Notes: generated from the sequence alone by a model not told the origin. A DNA stretch of 64,000 bases from Watersipora subatra (GCF_963576615.1 NC_088717.1:58018749-58082748), one strand, 5' to 3'. Shown: positions 22,932-37,286, counted from the stretch's first letter. Numbers and translations are program-made.

Positions 22932-23879
22932 TTGACTAACCTACTCCCTCCGCTGCCAGAGTTCTACTCCTGTTCCTTGTTCACCAGTGTACTGTGGCTC
23001 AGCTACCAGATCCATCAGAAGTTGTCGTTCCAACTGCGGGACTGTATAACTCAAGTCCCTCGCGAGCTCGTTATGTTCTGAATTGTCCACTCGTGTTTAA
23101 CTTGGCTATCCTTGTATTATAACTGTGTTTTATAGTAGGTTTGCTGTTACTAATATTCATTGCTTGATAGTGCTTTCGCCATGCCTTATATAAATTCATT
23201 TATCCTGAGAACTCGGATTTTTTCTGGTCAGGTTTACAATACAGCATAACTGGTTCTATTTCGAAAGGTTTGGCGTTGTTAGAGATTTGCCTTACCTCCT
23301 ATTTGATTTTTTAAATAATTAAAACAAAAAACCGCTGTTGATTAGTATTTCATGATCAATACAATACACAAAATAGAACCTGCGGATTAATATTTAAATG
23401 CTGCCCCATCATTTGTGGTGTTATTACTCGCAGTAAAATTATTTCACTCTGTATACATGTGTACATGACTCCTACATATTGTACATGGTATGTTTATATG
23501 ACTTATAAGAGTCAGGATCTATATAGAAACTTGTTTTTGCTGACAATTCGTGTTGCTTCAAAAAGGTTACAGCAAACAACACGAGTTACACTTTTTATTA
23601 ATAAGCCTTCAATCATTGTTAACTAGCTTTTTAGAGAGACAAGCTTACAGCAAAACACTATAAAGGCTCTGAGTTATAGCGGCAGTTGGTGTCAAAGCTT
23701 ACCTGTGCCGAAACTCTTAGTGTTGTGTGCAACAACGCTTTGACCTTGAAACGCATCTACAGATTAATAAATGACTGCAATGTCGGGCAATGGCTAAAGT
23801 TTCTCTCGTTCATCCACACAGACATCCCCAACAAGTGTATGAAGCCGTCCTTGAATATCTTTTAGTCTTCATAATAAAT

Positions 23880-24556
23880 TGCTTGTACGTGTACAATAGC
23901 ACATGTACACGTACAATAGCACATGTACACGTACAATATACAACAGCACACGTACAATATACAATAGCACATGTACACATACAATATACAATAGCACATG
24001 TACACGTACAATATACAATAGCACATGTACACGTACAATGTACAATAGCACATGTACAATGTACAATAGCACATGTACAATAGCACATGTACACGTACAA
24101 TATACATTAGCACATGTACACGTACAATATACAACAGTACATGTACACATACAATAACACATGTACACGTACAATATACATTAGCACATGTACACATACA
24201 ATAGCACATGTACACGTACAATATACAATAGCACATGTACACGTACAATGTACAATAGCACATGTACAATATACAATAGCACATGTACAATAGCACATGT
24301 ACACGTACAATATACATTAGCACATGTACACGTACAATATACAACAGTACATGTACACATACAATAGCACATGTACACGTACAATATACAATAGCACATG
24401 TACACGTACAATATACAACAGCACATGTACATATACAATAGCACATGTACACGTACAATATACAATAGCACATGTACACGTACAATATACAATAGCACAT
24501 GTACACGCACAATATACAATAGCACATGTACACGTACAATATACAATAGCACAAAG
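23880..24556. repeat. Minisatellite of about 25 units of 27 bp (GCACATGTACACGTACAATATACAATA), with variants.
   Basis: Direct reading. It produces the many overlapping Cys/Tyr-rich artefactual ORFs 23790..24641 on both strands in the track. Confidence 0.95.
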
Positions 24557-24654
24557 CATCATTTTGAGATTTAAACCCAACCGATAGCTTAGCAAAAACA
24601 AGCTGAGCTCTAGCAAATATCAAACCTTCAATCAAATTCACTGATGGAAGGAGG

Positions 24655-24870
24655 CAGATGCCGTAGTGAGTATAGTAGTATATATAGTGAGTGTAAATAG
24701 ATAGAGAGTGTAGTAGTATATATAGTCAGTGTAAATAGATAGTGAGTATAGTAGTATATATAGTCAGTGTAAATACATAGTGAGTATAGTAATATATATA
24801 TGTAGTCAGTGTAAATAGATAGAGTGTGTAGTTGTATACATGGTGAGTGTAAATTAATAGAGTTGAGATA
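24655..24870. repeat. Tandem repeat of about 5 units of ~42 bp (AGTGAGTATAGTAGTATATATAGTCAGTGTAAATAGAT).
   Basis: Direct reading. Confidence 0.85.
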
Positions 24871-25849
24871 AGGGTTGGACAAACGGGGACACTTCATTTA
24901 TATGTAGGAGATAGCCAGGAGCTACAGGGTATCGTTGTGCTGCTGACAAACTTCTTTTAAAAATGTCACTAACTAACAGCTAATGAACTTACGACCTAAG
25001 CATTTGCAGTTTTCTCCCAAGTATCATTATATCAACTACTGAATGCTGAAATCTTTCTCTAAAAGTACAATACTTATTGACTCTTGGTACCATCTTCGAT
25101 TAGTTTCCTTACCCTACTCAACAATATTTAACGGTAACTTTTATGATACATACTATGTAACCAGTCTACACATAATTTTCCGTTCTGAGATAAGCTGTAA
25201 TTCTATTGCCTTAACTTTCCTATAGATTTTATGAGTCTAGCATCAAAGGTACTAATTTCTTGGTTCTAAAACTGATAGATAAATGCATCTATATCTATAT
25301 TTTTCAAAGTTTGTGTGTCGTTTCAGCTATAGCTATTAAAACCTTGTTAAAAAGAAACAGTATTGCAGAAGATTTGATCTCAGACACTCAGATTCACCAA
25401 TGCAATGTCTTACCAATTCAGTCACACAAGCTTGATGCATTGAGCAGATATATGTTTCTATATGAGAGCAAATACGCTACCGTTTTCAGTCACCGCGCAA
25501 AGTGATGGCATAACGGCACGGAGAGGGAAGCTTTTATTAGTAAGCTTACTCAACTTATTCATTGGCGATGTGCCAGGCTAATAGCAAGTGGCAGACAACT
25601 CTCATTCACTCTCATTGTTTATAAGCTGATTTTAATACCCAGGCAAGCCTGGTAGCACAGCTATTTGTTTTATAAACTTATCATTGAGTGCATTGCTACA
25701 AACCTTGCATTACACCAAACACCAAAATACTATTCAATATACATTCTGCAGCAATGCTACTCTCAATCTTTAATTTTCAGTTCAGCTTGGCTCATTCAGC
25801 AACAGCAATGTGCTAATCCGTACTTGCTAAAGCAAGGAAAATCATACAC

Positions 25850-26410
25850 TACGATAGACAGAGGTTCAATGCTTGAAGATGAGTTATGCTACAACCCTAA
25901 AACCATATGAGGAAATCGGATCAGTAAAGGAAATGGAAGAAGATGCACAAGAGGCAGCTCTGTAGGAGATGAGCAAAATTTATGACGACATCATTGACAA
26001 ACAGGCAGTTAACTGGTACACAACTGAAAGGAGAAACAAGAACCAATTGTGTTAGATATCTCTACATACATGATAACAAGGTTGATAGGTAGTGGGTGGT
26101 CTGTGAGGTTGCAAAGCTTTCAGAAAAACAGCCATCGAGCAACGCAAGCAAAGATTCCTATGGCCTCGATAGTAGAACAATAGAAGAAAGTTGAATTTAG
26201 TGATGAGTCAGTATTCACCATACAAAAGAATTTTAACAACAGTTAAGTGCCAAGAGAAACTGGTGAATAATTCAGTCCAAGCTGCCTCCTGGCAGTGATT
26301 GAGCATCTTATTATGATTTGGGGCAGCATGTCATCTTAAGACGTTGGCCACTTGATGATTGTTGATGGCGTGGTGAACGCTGACCAATACATCAATTTTT
26401 TTTAAAAAAG
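25850..26410 (+). mobile_element. Decayed Tc1/mariner-family (Tc1-like) transposase fragment carrying the DDE region, interrupted by stops and frameshifts.
   Basis: The plus-strand conceptual translation reads ...KVEFSDESVFTIQKNFNNS*VPRETGE*FSPSCLLAVIEHLIMIWGSMSS*DVGHLMIVDGVVNADQYINFF. This matches the Tc1 transposase block VLFSDESKF...GE....C...TVKHGGGSVMVWGCFS..GVG.L..I.G.MN...Y..IL. Confidence 0.6.
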
Positions 26411-27967
26411 AACCTCTTGCTAAGTATCAGCAATCTGTTCACTTCGCCTATATTGACTTCATTCTTTGGTAGGTTTTTGTCATCGTGTTCAACCCTTAAA
26501 GCGCCATCAAATGATGTAAGTTATTTTTGCTTTATGCTCCATGTTACCAAGATTGTAAAACTTATTTTTGTGAGTTTTTCTTAGCTTAAATCTAGCTTAG
26601 CAAAAATTTGTTGTGTTAATGCTCTTATTCACCACGGACATGCTGAAAATTTTATGTGAGATAAAGTGTTATCCGTGTTGCTGACATATTGACTCCTTGA
26701 CCTCCTTGACTGACTCTACGCCCAAACTTAAAGAAGCACCGCAATATGTTTACAGTGCAGAATAAATATGTTTGCTTCACTTGTGCACTGTCATAACACG
26801 TGTGTACAAGAAAGCACAAATGAGCTGTCTTCTTGTCTTTTGGCCTTGTATCATAAAGGCAGCAATCTTCGCTCCCTTTTTTATGCCGTCTACTCCAAGC
26901 CATTTTGTGCCGTTCTGATCCAAGTCGCCTTGGTATGGGTTGGTCTCACATCCTCCACAATATACGGTAATTGTAAAGAAATTCAAGCCGTATTCATTAC
27001 TTCTGTATAATGCTGCATGATGTCAATTAATATGCAGCCACAAGAAATCAGTTTATTATATTAAAGGGAAAGGTTGTTTACCAAGTTACATTACTATAAT
27101 AAAGCAGTAGGTTTTATAATATTTATATTAATATATTAATATTTATATTATTACTACTTGTAGAATAGAGTAGTAAGGGAGGCATTGAGAAACTTATGGA
27201 AAAATGTCGGAATAACAAGTAGGTCGATAATTACTAATCGGGAGAATAGGTACATGTATATCCAAAACTACCTTCTGTTCTGACTTACAACTTTAAAACT
27301 TAAGTTTTCTGACTTATATAGCTTTAGTAATGAAACCATGTAAAATATATTCCCTAATGACATCTGAGTAATGAAAGACAGCAAATAAAGAATATGCAAA
27401 ATTATATCAATAAGAGATTGTTGCACCCATTATAAATAAGTTCAGAGAAGAGGCAGCATTTACAATGATTAGTTTGTTTTTTCTAGATGACAAAGTCTAT
27501 TTTGAAAAGTAAAACTAAAAACAAATATTTTATATGTCTACAACAAAGTGAAAAATAGATATATTTTTTGCTATAAAAAGAGCGGTGTCTATCTGTTTGT
27601 TTATTTGTATTTAGGGGGTCAAGGTTAGGATAAAAAACAACTTTCAACGATACTCCAACTCGTGACATTCAGATTAATAAACTGATGCTGTAACACCAGT
27701 GCCAATCGACCGTATCCGTATCACCTTCAAGTATTTATGAACAATTGCACAGCCACCTATTTTCTGTTTTGTCGACACATCTGACAATCTGTCACAACCA
27801 ACTAAAATGTCATGGAAGTTATATATAGAATAGATAGAGTGCTATACGTATGTCAATATAAGTGCGGCGAAATACTATGTTAATGTGAATTTCTTACGCG
27901 GTAGGAAGCGAAAACAGCAAAAAAATTTTACGATATCTGAATTTACATTATAGGAGCTTCTACTGCA

Positions 27968-28478
27968 TAGCCATCTATTATACTGACATATATAGCCATC
28001 TATTATACTGACATATATAGCCATCTATTATACTGACATATATAGCCATCTATTATACTGACATATATAGCCATCTATTATACTGACATATATAGCCATC
28101 TATTATACTGACATATATAGCCATCTATTATACTGACATATATAGCCATCTATTATACTGACATATATAGCCATCTATTATACTGACATATATAGCCATC
28201 TATTATACTGACATATATAGCCATCTATTATACTGACATATATAGCCATCTATTATACTGACATATAAAGCCATCTATTATACTGACATATATAGCCATC
28301 TATTATACTGACATATATAGCCATCTATTATACTGACATATATAGCCATCTATTATACTGACATATATAGCCATCTATTATACTGACATATAAAGCCATC
28401 TATTATACTGACATATATAGCCATCTATTATACTGACATATATAGCCATCTATTATACTGACATATATAGCCATCTAT
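27968..28478. repeat. 25-bp minisatellite (CATCTATTATACTGACATATATAGC) of about 21 units.
   Basis: Direct reading; the copies are nearly perfect. Confidence 0.95.
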
Positions 28479-28893
28479 ACTGACATCAAAATTATGCCAT
28501 TTTTGGAGATGGCATAATTTGGATGTTATGGCTGTATGTGTATTTTTTATAAATTGCAGCAAAATGCTAGTGTTATCATGCCGGTCTTTACAATAGTCTA
28601 CAATTTTGATTGATAATTTATGAATTCGGCTTCATAGACTGTTGGCAACAACGATTTCGAACATTGTCTTTCTGACTAAACCTCCACTCACCATAACTGA
28701 CTGTTCTTAATAACAAAGACAGCCCACTCAATATTAAGCGTTTACCAAGTCACCAACTTAACAAGCCTCAGAATGACCAAAGGCTTTTCAAAGACTCTAT
28801 CGCATAATATAGCTTACATTTAGCAAATAGAAATGTACATAGTGTAATCATATACATACAGATTATTATTAACAACCAACAGAAATCGAAATC

Positions 28894-29105
28894 CATATGT
28901 ACACTTTCAACTGTATAGCCAATACATATGTACACTTTCAACTGTATAGCCATTACATATGTACACTTTCAACTGTATAGCCATTACATATATACACTTT
29001 CAACTGTATAGCCATTACATATGTACACTTTCAACTGTATAGCCATTACATATGTACACTTTCAACTGTATAGCCATTACATATGTACACTTTCAACTGT
29101 ACAGC
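28894..29105. repeat. 31-bp minisatellite (CCATTACATATGTACACTTTCAACTGTATAG) of about 7 units.
   Basis: Direct reading. Confidence 0.9.
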
Positions 29106-29379
29106 CATTCAAAAACATAGTTTTGTAACATTTTGGTTTACCGATTTTAAATCGAAAACAATATGAATTAATTATATACAGTACATGTATATTCTCAAGT
29201 TATTACCTGATGAGACTGGGTGTTTGAAACAAATTTATATTAAATTGACAGACAGCTAAGTAGCCTACTCTTTATATTTGTTATTATAGTATTATTCACT
29301 CTGCGCTTATTCTTAGTGTATTGACTGCTCTTTCTTCACTATTTTTCACGAAACTAGAGTTTCTAACCACACTGCGCAC

Positions 29380-29475
29380 ACCGTGTACACCGCTCATACC
29401 GTGCCACACCGCACACACCGTGTACACCGCTCATACCGTGCCACACCGCGCACACCGTGTACATCGCTCATACCG
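29380..29475. repeat. GC-rich ~35-bp tandem repeat (CCGTGTACACCGCTCATACCGTGCCACACCGCACA) of about 3 units.
   Basis: Direct reading. It underlies the artefactual ORF 29321..29530. Confidence 0.8.
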
Positions 29476-30114
29476 TACACATTGTGTACACCTCGCGCAT
29501 CGCATACATCGCGAGTATTGCAGTAGTTAATGAGCAGAAATGACTGATTTTAAAGGCAATCATAATGACAAGATTTTCTGTACATTTTATAACTTATGAA
29601 GTATTGAACTGTTCTAGCTTGATACAGAAGCGGACCAATATTTTCATGATTTGTTGTGTTATTAGCCTTTTGTATATAACATACCGTAGTTAATAATATT
29701 GATAGGATCAGCCCTATTTTGTCTGTATACTCTATTTACAAATTAGTCTAACAACCACAATTTTTAACTGGCATCAGATTCAAACTACCTTATGAACAGC
29801 CTTGGACGATATTATCTTCAATGTCAAGTCACCAAGTCTGGGATTACTAGTGGACAAGAGGCTGTCACAATTATGGCCGCCATTGTTATTCATAGTCTCT
29901 TTTAAAAAGGCAATTGAGTTAGAATTGAGTTTCCTTTAACTTTGCTATCAAAATGTACAATATAGAAAGGGGTAACTCGATTATATTATAACTACAGGCA
30001 ATCAGATGAATGTTATATTGTTACATTTGTTTTCAGGAAAAAACCATATCTAATCACAAATATGTATTTTTCATCTTATTCAGTGCAGGTCATATTGAGC
30101 ATTGGAAAAAAGTA

Positions 30115-30560
30115 TATTATAACTATTATATTACAGACAAATATAGAAGGAAGTAAGTAACTTGATTATTATAACTATTATATTACAGACAAATATAGTG
30201 GAAGTAAGTAACTTGATTATTATAACTACTGTATTATATTACAGACAAATATTATAGTGGAAGTAAGTAACTTGATTATTATAACTATTATATTACAGAC
30301 AAATATAGAAGAAAGTAAGTAACTTGATTATATTATAACTACTATATTACAGACAAATATAGAAGGAAGTAAGTAACTTGATTTTTATAACTATTATATT
30401 ACAGACAAATATAGTGGAAGTAAGTAACTTGATTATTATAACTACCGTATTATATTACAGACAAATATTATAGTGGAAGTAAGTAACTTGATTATTATAA
30501 CTGTTATATTACAGACAAATATAGTGGAAGTAAGTAACTTGATTATATTATAACTATTAT
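30115..30560. repeat. Tandem repeat of about 8 units of ~57 bp (GACAAATATAGTGGAAGTAAGTAACTTGATTATTATAACTATTATATTACA).
   Basis: Direct reading. Confidence 0.9.
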
Positions 30561-30789
30561 TTTACTGAAGAGTATAATATTGTTATACAAGTTTTCACGA
30601 AAACGGTATTTAATCACAAATAGGTATTTCTCATCTGATACATTGTAGATCATTCGGAAAATTGGAAAATAGTATGTATTAATAATATAATATATACAAT
30701 TACAATTAATATAATATATAAATTGTTCTGAACTTTGTTTATATTGCAAGTCAAAAGTAAAATTAATGTTATCCACAATTTTTTTAGAT

Positions 30790-32012
30790 GTTTGACTTCC
30801 TACTACATATATGATTATTTTATTATTATATATTATTACTACTACATATATGATTATTTTATTATTATATATTATTACTACTACATATTCTAACGTACCT
30901 GGTTTTTGCGTCCTACCTCTCGCGTGCTCGCAGTTAAGATGCCGCTATCCCCCTTTCTCCTCGCGAACCGGACATCCGGTTCTCCGCATCACACATATAT
31001 GATTATTTTATTATTATATATTATTACTACTACATATATGATTATTTTATTATTATATATTATTACTACTACATATATGATTAGTTTATTATTATATATT
31101 ATTACTACTACATATATGATTATTTTATTATTATATATTATTATTATAACATACATGATTATTTTATTATTATATATTATTACTACTGCATATATGATTA
31201 TTTTATTATTATATATTATTACAACTACATATATGATTATTTTGTTATTATATATTATTACTACTGCATATATGATTATTTTATTATTATATATTATTAC
31301 TACTACATATATGATTATTTTATTATTATATATTATTACATTACATATATGATTATTTTATTATTATATATTATTAAAACTACATATATGATTATTTTGT
31401 TATTATATATTATTACTACTGCATATATGATTATTTTATTATTATATATTATTACTATTACATATAAGATTATTTTATTATTATATATTATTGCTACTAC
31501 ATATATGATTATTTTATTATTATATATTATTACTACTACATATTTGATTATTTTATTATTATATATTATTGCTACTACATATATGATTATTTTATTATTA
31601 TATATTATTACTATTACATATATGATTATTTTATTATTATATATTATTACTATTACATATATGACTATTTTATTATTATATATTATTACTATTACATATA
31701 TGATTATTTTATTATTATATATTATTACTATTACATATATGATTATTTTATTATTATATATTATTACTATTACATATATGATTATTTTATTATTATATAT
31801 TATTACTATTACATATATGATTATTTTATTATTATATATTATGACTATTACATATATGACTATTTTATTATTATATATTATTACTATTACATATATGATT
31901 ATTTTATTATTATATATTATTACTACTACATATATGATTATTTTATTATTATATATTATTACTACATATATGATTATTTTGTTATTATATATTATTACTA
32001 CTACATATATGA
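30790..32012. repeat. 39-bp AT-rich satellite (CTACATATATGATTATTTTATTATTATATATTATTACTA) of about 29 units, interrupted at 30889..30993 by a unique GC-rich ~105 bp insert.
   Basis: Direct reading. It generates the artefactual MIILLLYIITTTY repeat ORFs 30811..32029. Confidence 0.95.
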
Positions 32013-34334
32013 TTATTTTTCACATTTAAAAGCTCATAAACAATGAAGTGTGTTTATAAACAGTCTGCTGGGAGAGAGCTTAGAATTGTAAGCTATGTCA
32101 TAAAAAAGTGCAGCACCTTAGATTCGTACCATCTGCTGACAGCATGTAGTATCGCTTATCTCCTAATGGCTGTGATTGTCTCTTTCCTTTAGAGATACCT
32201 TTGTGATCTAAATTTAACAAAGAAACTTTTTCAAAGAACTTGGTCTCCCTTTTAACTCCTTACTATTTATTTGTTGAGTAATTATAGCCTGAGTACGTGT
32301 TATGTAAGAATGTGATCTATAATCGGTTTTTGACTTGGTTTATAGATTTATTGCTACCTTATTGGGTTTATGTAGTACAAAAGGTAGACATCGAATATTT
32401 CTCACTTTTCATTGGACACCGATAAAGTTTTTTTTATTCTGCACAAATTTATGATTATTGAATGTATTAAACTTATTAATAATTAAAGCATGTTATAGCA
32501 TTAAGTCCTTAGTGAACATCTATGCAGGTTCTAGAGAAGTGATAGCCTTAGAGAATTGTTTTGCATATCACCATTTATAAGCAATGCAATGCATAAAGCA
32601 CGAGTATCTAACCAATACAATACGATGCAAATTAAGACAGTGCAAATTTTTACTGGATTTTCAAGTGGTGTTAACCATGCTACAAATCCAATTTACTACA
32701 AAGATAAGACAACTTCAAAAGATGCAGTAACACTATTCAAACGTGTGATGATGTGATGATCAAATGGAAATGATTAATATAATTTCCAGAAATATTTCAT
32801 TTAGGGTGAAGCTGATGTATTTAATGAGAAACTTTTTGTAACTTTGAGGCTGACAAATACATAATTAGAAATAACAAGTTAAATTATACATATTCAATGT
32901 TTATATGCATGAAAAGCGTATTTGTAAAAGCAAATCTTGGAGTTGGCTCCACTATTTTCTATCAATCATTGCATAATAATCCTTATCTAGTGCTAACTTG
33001 GAGTTCAAAAGATTTCTATATTATCCATAGATATATATACCTATATATATCTATATATCTATATAGGTTTATATATCTATGATATTATCATACTCTTGTG
33101 TCTTGGTAGCGTTTTGTCAAGTTAACCAACGTTCTGTATGCTTCCCAAAACACTCTCTTTAGAGTTATCCACTCTTACACAAGTATACATAAAACCATTG
33201 GCGGATCTGTGAATGATTGTAAAATATACACTTAAAAATCTTCCAATGCCACTACGCAAAAGTTAAGAACTTTCATCTAGTTTAATATTCCCTACAAGTA
33301 GTTTTAAGTTCTATAGCAATGCCAATCAGCTATACAAATGATAATGTAAACAATTGATGTGCCAATTATAATAATATGATATATTAATCTAGCAAATAAA
33401 AAACTGCAATAGTTGTTAAGGAAAAAAAGGAAAGAGAGAAAGTAAGGCATCAGGTCATAACTGTGACCCTATTTAAATGTTAAGGAGATGAGTAAGTGTA
33501 TGAATTGGGAAGCAAATCATTACGTTGTGTCTGTCTGCTCAATATTTACATTGTACACACGTCCAAGTCTTTGGGCAAAGCTTTTTGAAAACGATCACGT
33601 AAACTACTGTAGTTATATGTATGCTTTATGTGTAAACATTGCGGTTGCTTATATTTAGATAGATTTTTCCAAAATATAAACAAACATTAGCCAAAAGATA
33701 ACATCAATTATTTTAAAACAGTTGCTGTTAGGTAGCTGTACACATTTCTTCATGTGATTTGAGTCTGATGTCCTTTATCTAGACATAAACCAATAATCCT
33801 CAAAGAGTTGCTGTATTACAGACTTAGCCTGATTAGCTAAAGTTTGTATAAAGCTAATGACAACGGAAGCAATTAGTTATACTGATAAAGTGCCTTATGC
33901 TTTGTACAGGCTTGAGAAGTCTAAACCTTTGAACTCCCAAAAGCTGGCCAGTGATGTCTGGTATAACGGATGAGAGGTGTGAATGAGATAACCCTAAGCT
34001 CCATCAATAGTTGGCTAATCAACCCTTGAGAGGCACTCAAGTTGCCTTGAATAGAATAAAGTAGTAATTGATAAAAAATATTCACATGATTTTAGCAGAA
34101 AAGATAAATATAAACATGTTAGATACAAGCTTGGTATTGTGTTTAGTTAGCAGTAAAAAATGCGCAAGCCTTGTAAAATTTCCTCAATCTCATTCATTTA
34201 CCAAACTGAAAAGCCAGTTTTGAAACATTTCAAAATACGGTAACTCAGTATGTTTTCTATGCAAGAGCACTACAAGACGCCACCATAGTACTTAAGATAT
34301 ACCGTAATACTTATCGTAACGATGATCGACGGCT

Positions 34335-34600
34335 GGCAATTATAACCAACTGCTGAGATGTGTCACAATGACAGTCTGTCCATATTACCACCAACTGCTC
34401 TGATGTGTCACAAAGACAGTCTGTCCATATTATAACCAACTGCTCTAATGTGTCACAATGACAGTCTATCCATATTACCACCAACTGCTCCGATGTGTCA
34501 CAATGACAGTTTGTCTATATTATAACCAACTGCTCTGATGTGTCACAATGACAGTCTGTCCATATTACCACTAACTGCTCTGATGATTCATAATGACAGT
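34335..34600. repeat. Tandem repeat of about 4.5 units of ~59 bp (CCATATTACCACCAACTGCTCTGATGTGTCACAATGACAGTCTGT...).
   Basis: Direct reading. Confidence 0.85.
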
Positions 34601-34852
34601 CTGTTCATATTACATGTATAGCAATCTGTTGTCATGTTTCATGATGTCAATTTGCACTGACAGTTTTTATACCAACACACACGAGACACAGTGAGACCAA
34701 GTTAGCAATGACGAGAACTAAATTACATGTATTAGTTGATAAATCCTAACCTACCTAAACGTATCTCTGAGGCTATTTGTAACTGTTTCATTTACCAGTC
34801 AATTTTTCTAGTTCTCTTTTTTGAATCGCCAAGCCATCAACCATTGTACTCA

Positions 34853-35125
34853 GTAACTAAGGCATGAGGTACTCAGTAACTAAGGCATGGGGTACTCAGT
34901 AACTAAGGCATGAGGTACTCAGTAACTAAGGCATGAGGTACTCAGTAACTAAGGCATGAGGTACTCAGTAACTAAGGCATGAGGTACTAAGTAACTAAGG
35001 CATGAGGTACTCAGTAACTAAGGCATGAGGTACTCAGTAACTAAGGCATGAGGTACTCAGTAACTAAGGCATGAGGTACTCAGTAACTAAGGCATGAGGT
35101 ACTAAGTAACTAAGGCATAGGTACT
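34853..35125. repeat. 23-bp minisatellite (GGCATGAGGTACTCAGTAACTAA) of about 12 units.
   Basis: Direct reading. Confidence 0.95.
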
Positions 35126-35189
35126 TGTAAAACTGTTACTCAAATCTAACTAATTCTCTGTTTCTCTTTTGTTAATCTTTACAAATACC

Positions 35190-35575
35190 ATCATCAGTAT
35201 GATATAAACAATCATGGATTATCCATCATCAGTATGATATAAACAATCATAGATTATCCATCATCAGTATGATATAAACAATCATGGATTATCCATCATC
35301 AGTATGATATAAACAATCATGGATTATCCATCATCAGTATGATATAAACAATTATAGATTATCCATCATCAGTATGATATAAACAATCATGGATTATCCA
35401 TCATCAGTATGATATAAACAATCATGGATTATCCATCATCAGTATGATATAAACAATCATGGATTATCCATCATCAGTATGATATAAACAATCATAGATT
35501 ATCCACCATCAGTATGATATAAACAATCATAGATTATCCATCATCAGTATGATATAAACAATCATGGATTATTTG
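35190..35575. repeat. 35-bp minisatellite (GGATTATCCATCATCAGTATGATATAAACAATCAT) of about 11 units.
   Basis: Direct reading. Confidence 0.95.
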
Positions 35576-36164
35576 TACATTTATACCATTGTGAGAATGC
35601 CAAGCAAACATCTACAATCTCAGATGCTTAGAGAGAACCCAAGCAGCTAAGTGTTCTGGCATTATAACAGATAAAAAACTTTCACACCAATGACATCTCT
35701 TTGATCATTCTTGCATTTCATTGATGATCTATCAAAAGTTACAAGCATGATCGCTAATAGCCCTGCTTCACTGCTATAGCGCTTACATTTGGCACTCTGC
35801 TAATAGCCCTGCTTCACTACTATAATAGCCCTTATATTTGGCACTCTGCTAATAGCCCTGCTTCACTACTATAATAGCCCTTATATTTGGCACAATGCAA
35901 TGATTGCAAAGATTAACTCTCATCCATGTTATATGAAGTGATTAGATTAATAAGTTCATAAGCAAATATAATTGTTATTGTATGTAATGTAAATGTATTC
36001 TTGTTGTTTTCTCTTTACAAACTTTTATCAATATTTACTGTTGCAAGGCATAATAAACAGATTAATTATTAAAACTTTGACAAAACAAAAACTTCAAAAT
36101 TAAATTATTATATTTATATATTAACAGTTGATCATTAGAAGCTTTATATAATAAATATTTAGAA

Positions 36165-36271
36165 ATTAGATATATATACGTATATATATACACGTATATA
36201 TATACGTATATATATATACGTATATATATACACGTATATATATACGTATATATATACACGTATATACATAC

Positions 36272-36300
<29 letters not shown>
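36165..36300. repeat. Simple-sequence repeat (TATATACG / TA)n.
   Basis: Direct reading. It lies immediately 5' of the LTR element insertion site. Confidence 0.9.
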
Positions 36301-36306
<6 letters not shown>

Positions 36307-36416
36307 AGTATATAAGTACATGTCATAAATCCTATAATAGATCTAATCCTATTTTATAGCCTTATGATATTAGAAGCAAGGTTATTGGCTACCACTCAAG
36401 TTAGTAGGGTGTATAT

Positions 36417-36943
36417 TATAGCGGTTTACGCTAGGTTCGTAGCTGGCAAGTGTATTAAGCTGGAATTGATTCACTGATTTGGAGATGACTCGTTGATGTT
36501 TTATTCAGTCAACACCGAAACTGTGAAATCTACAAATGATTAACATATTTAAAAGTTCTTCCACAGCAATATAAAAAATAACGATATTATAGAAATAGAA
36601 AATTATCGACACAAACCTTTTGCCGTCTTTGAAAAACACTCACACAGCTAAATCAAGAAGTCAAACGAAACAAATTAGCGATAAATGCCAAAATGTTCTG
36701 AACAGAAAAATCGTCAATTAAATCATCAGTTGCGTGTTACTAGTTGAAATTCAAAAGTCATAATGCCGAGCGTGGATGGAAGATAATTGCAGGAAGTGAA
36801 GGCGTGTCAAGACACGTCAAAACAAAACACGTCGAAACAACCCTTGTGGCGCCTTAAACCCGGATACAGCGATGTTTTACTTAACACAAGAATATAAAAT
36901 TGGTGAGTTAGTAGACAGGAAATGTTAGTAGGGTTCTCTTACA
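36417..36943 (-). repeat. 3' LTR of the BEL/Pao element (element orientation is minus).
   Basis: It is about 98% identical to 43724..44250. The plus-strand form is TATAGCGG...TTACA. A polypurine-like tract (GGTGGGAG) abuts it on the internal side. Confidence 0.85.
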
Positions 36944-37286
36944 CTCCCACCAAATATAAATTCTAATAGATTTTATATTTCCGCTGCACCATGTACGCAA
37001 TTGGACTCAACAGATGTCCTTTTTTTTTCTTTTTCTTTTTTCATGTCAGCACCCTTTTTTGCAAAACCATAGTAGTAATACCAAGGTCATATTCTAATAG
37101 AAAACAATAGGTTTGAAGGTTACGTTAGTAATACAAAATATATAAAGTTCTATCCTAACAACAACAAAACCAACACAAGCAACAACATAAAACAAAAAAA
37201 ACAAAAAAACTAACATCCAAAGTTGAATTAGCACCACAAACGGAGTTTGCTATTAAACGATATAATATGGGCAACGTAAGTGGGAA

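Noticed and set aside
23790-24897. A cluster of overlapping Cys/Tyr/Val-rich ORFs up to 259 aa on both strands.
   Set aside because: These are artefacts of the 27-bp and 42-bp minisatellites. Periodic sequence lacking stop codons gives long ORFs in several frames simultaneously.
26652-27010. Minus-strand ORFs (...YCGGCETNPYQGDLDQNGTKWLGVDGIKKGAKIAAFMIQGQK...) and an overlapping plus ORF.
   Set aside because: No family is recognised and no splice sites could be paired. They overlap each other on opposite strands. This is possibly a relic exon or TE fragment, but it is not supportable.
30889-30993. Possible tRNA or tRNA-derived SINE in the GC-rich island.
   Set aside because: There is no cloverleaf. 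The A-box-like TAGCGGCATC and B-box-like GGTTCGCGAGG are poor matches and occur in the wrong order and spacing.
30811-32029. ORFs of 148 and 226 aa encoding MIILLLYIITTTY repeats.
   Set aside because: These are translations of the 39-bp AT-rich satellite and are not coding.
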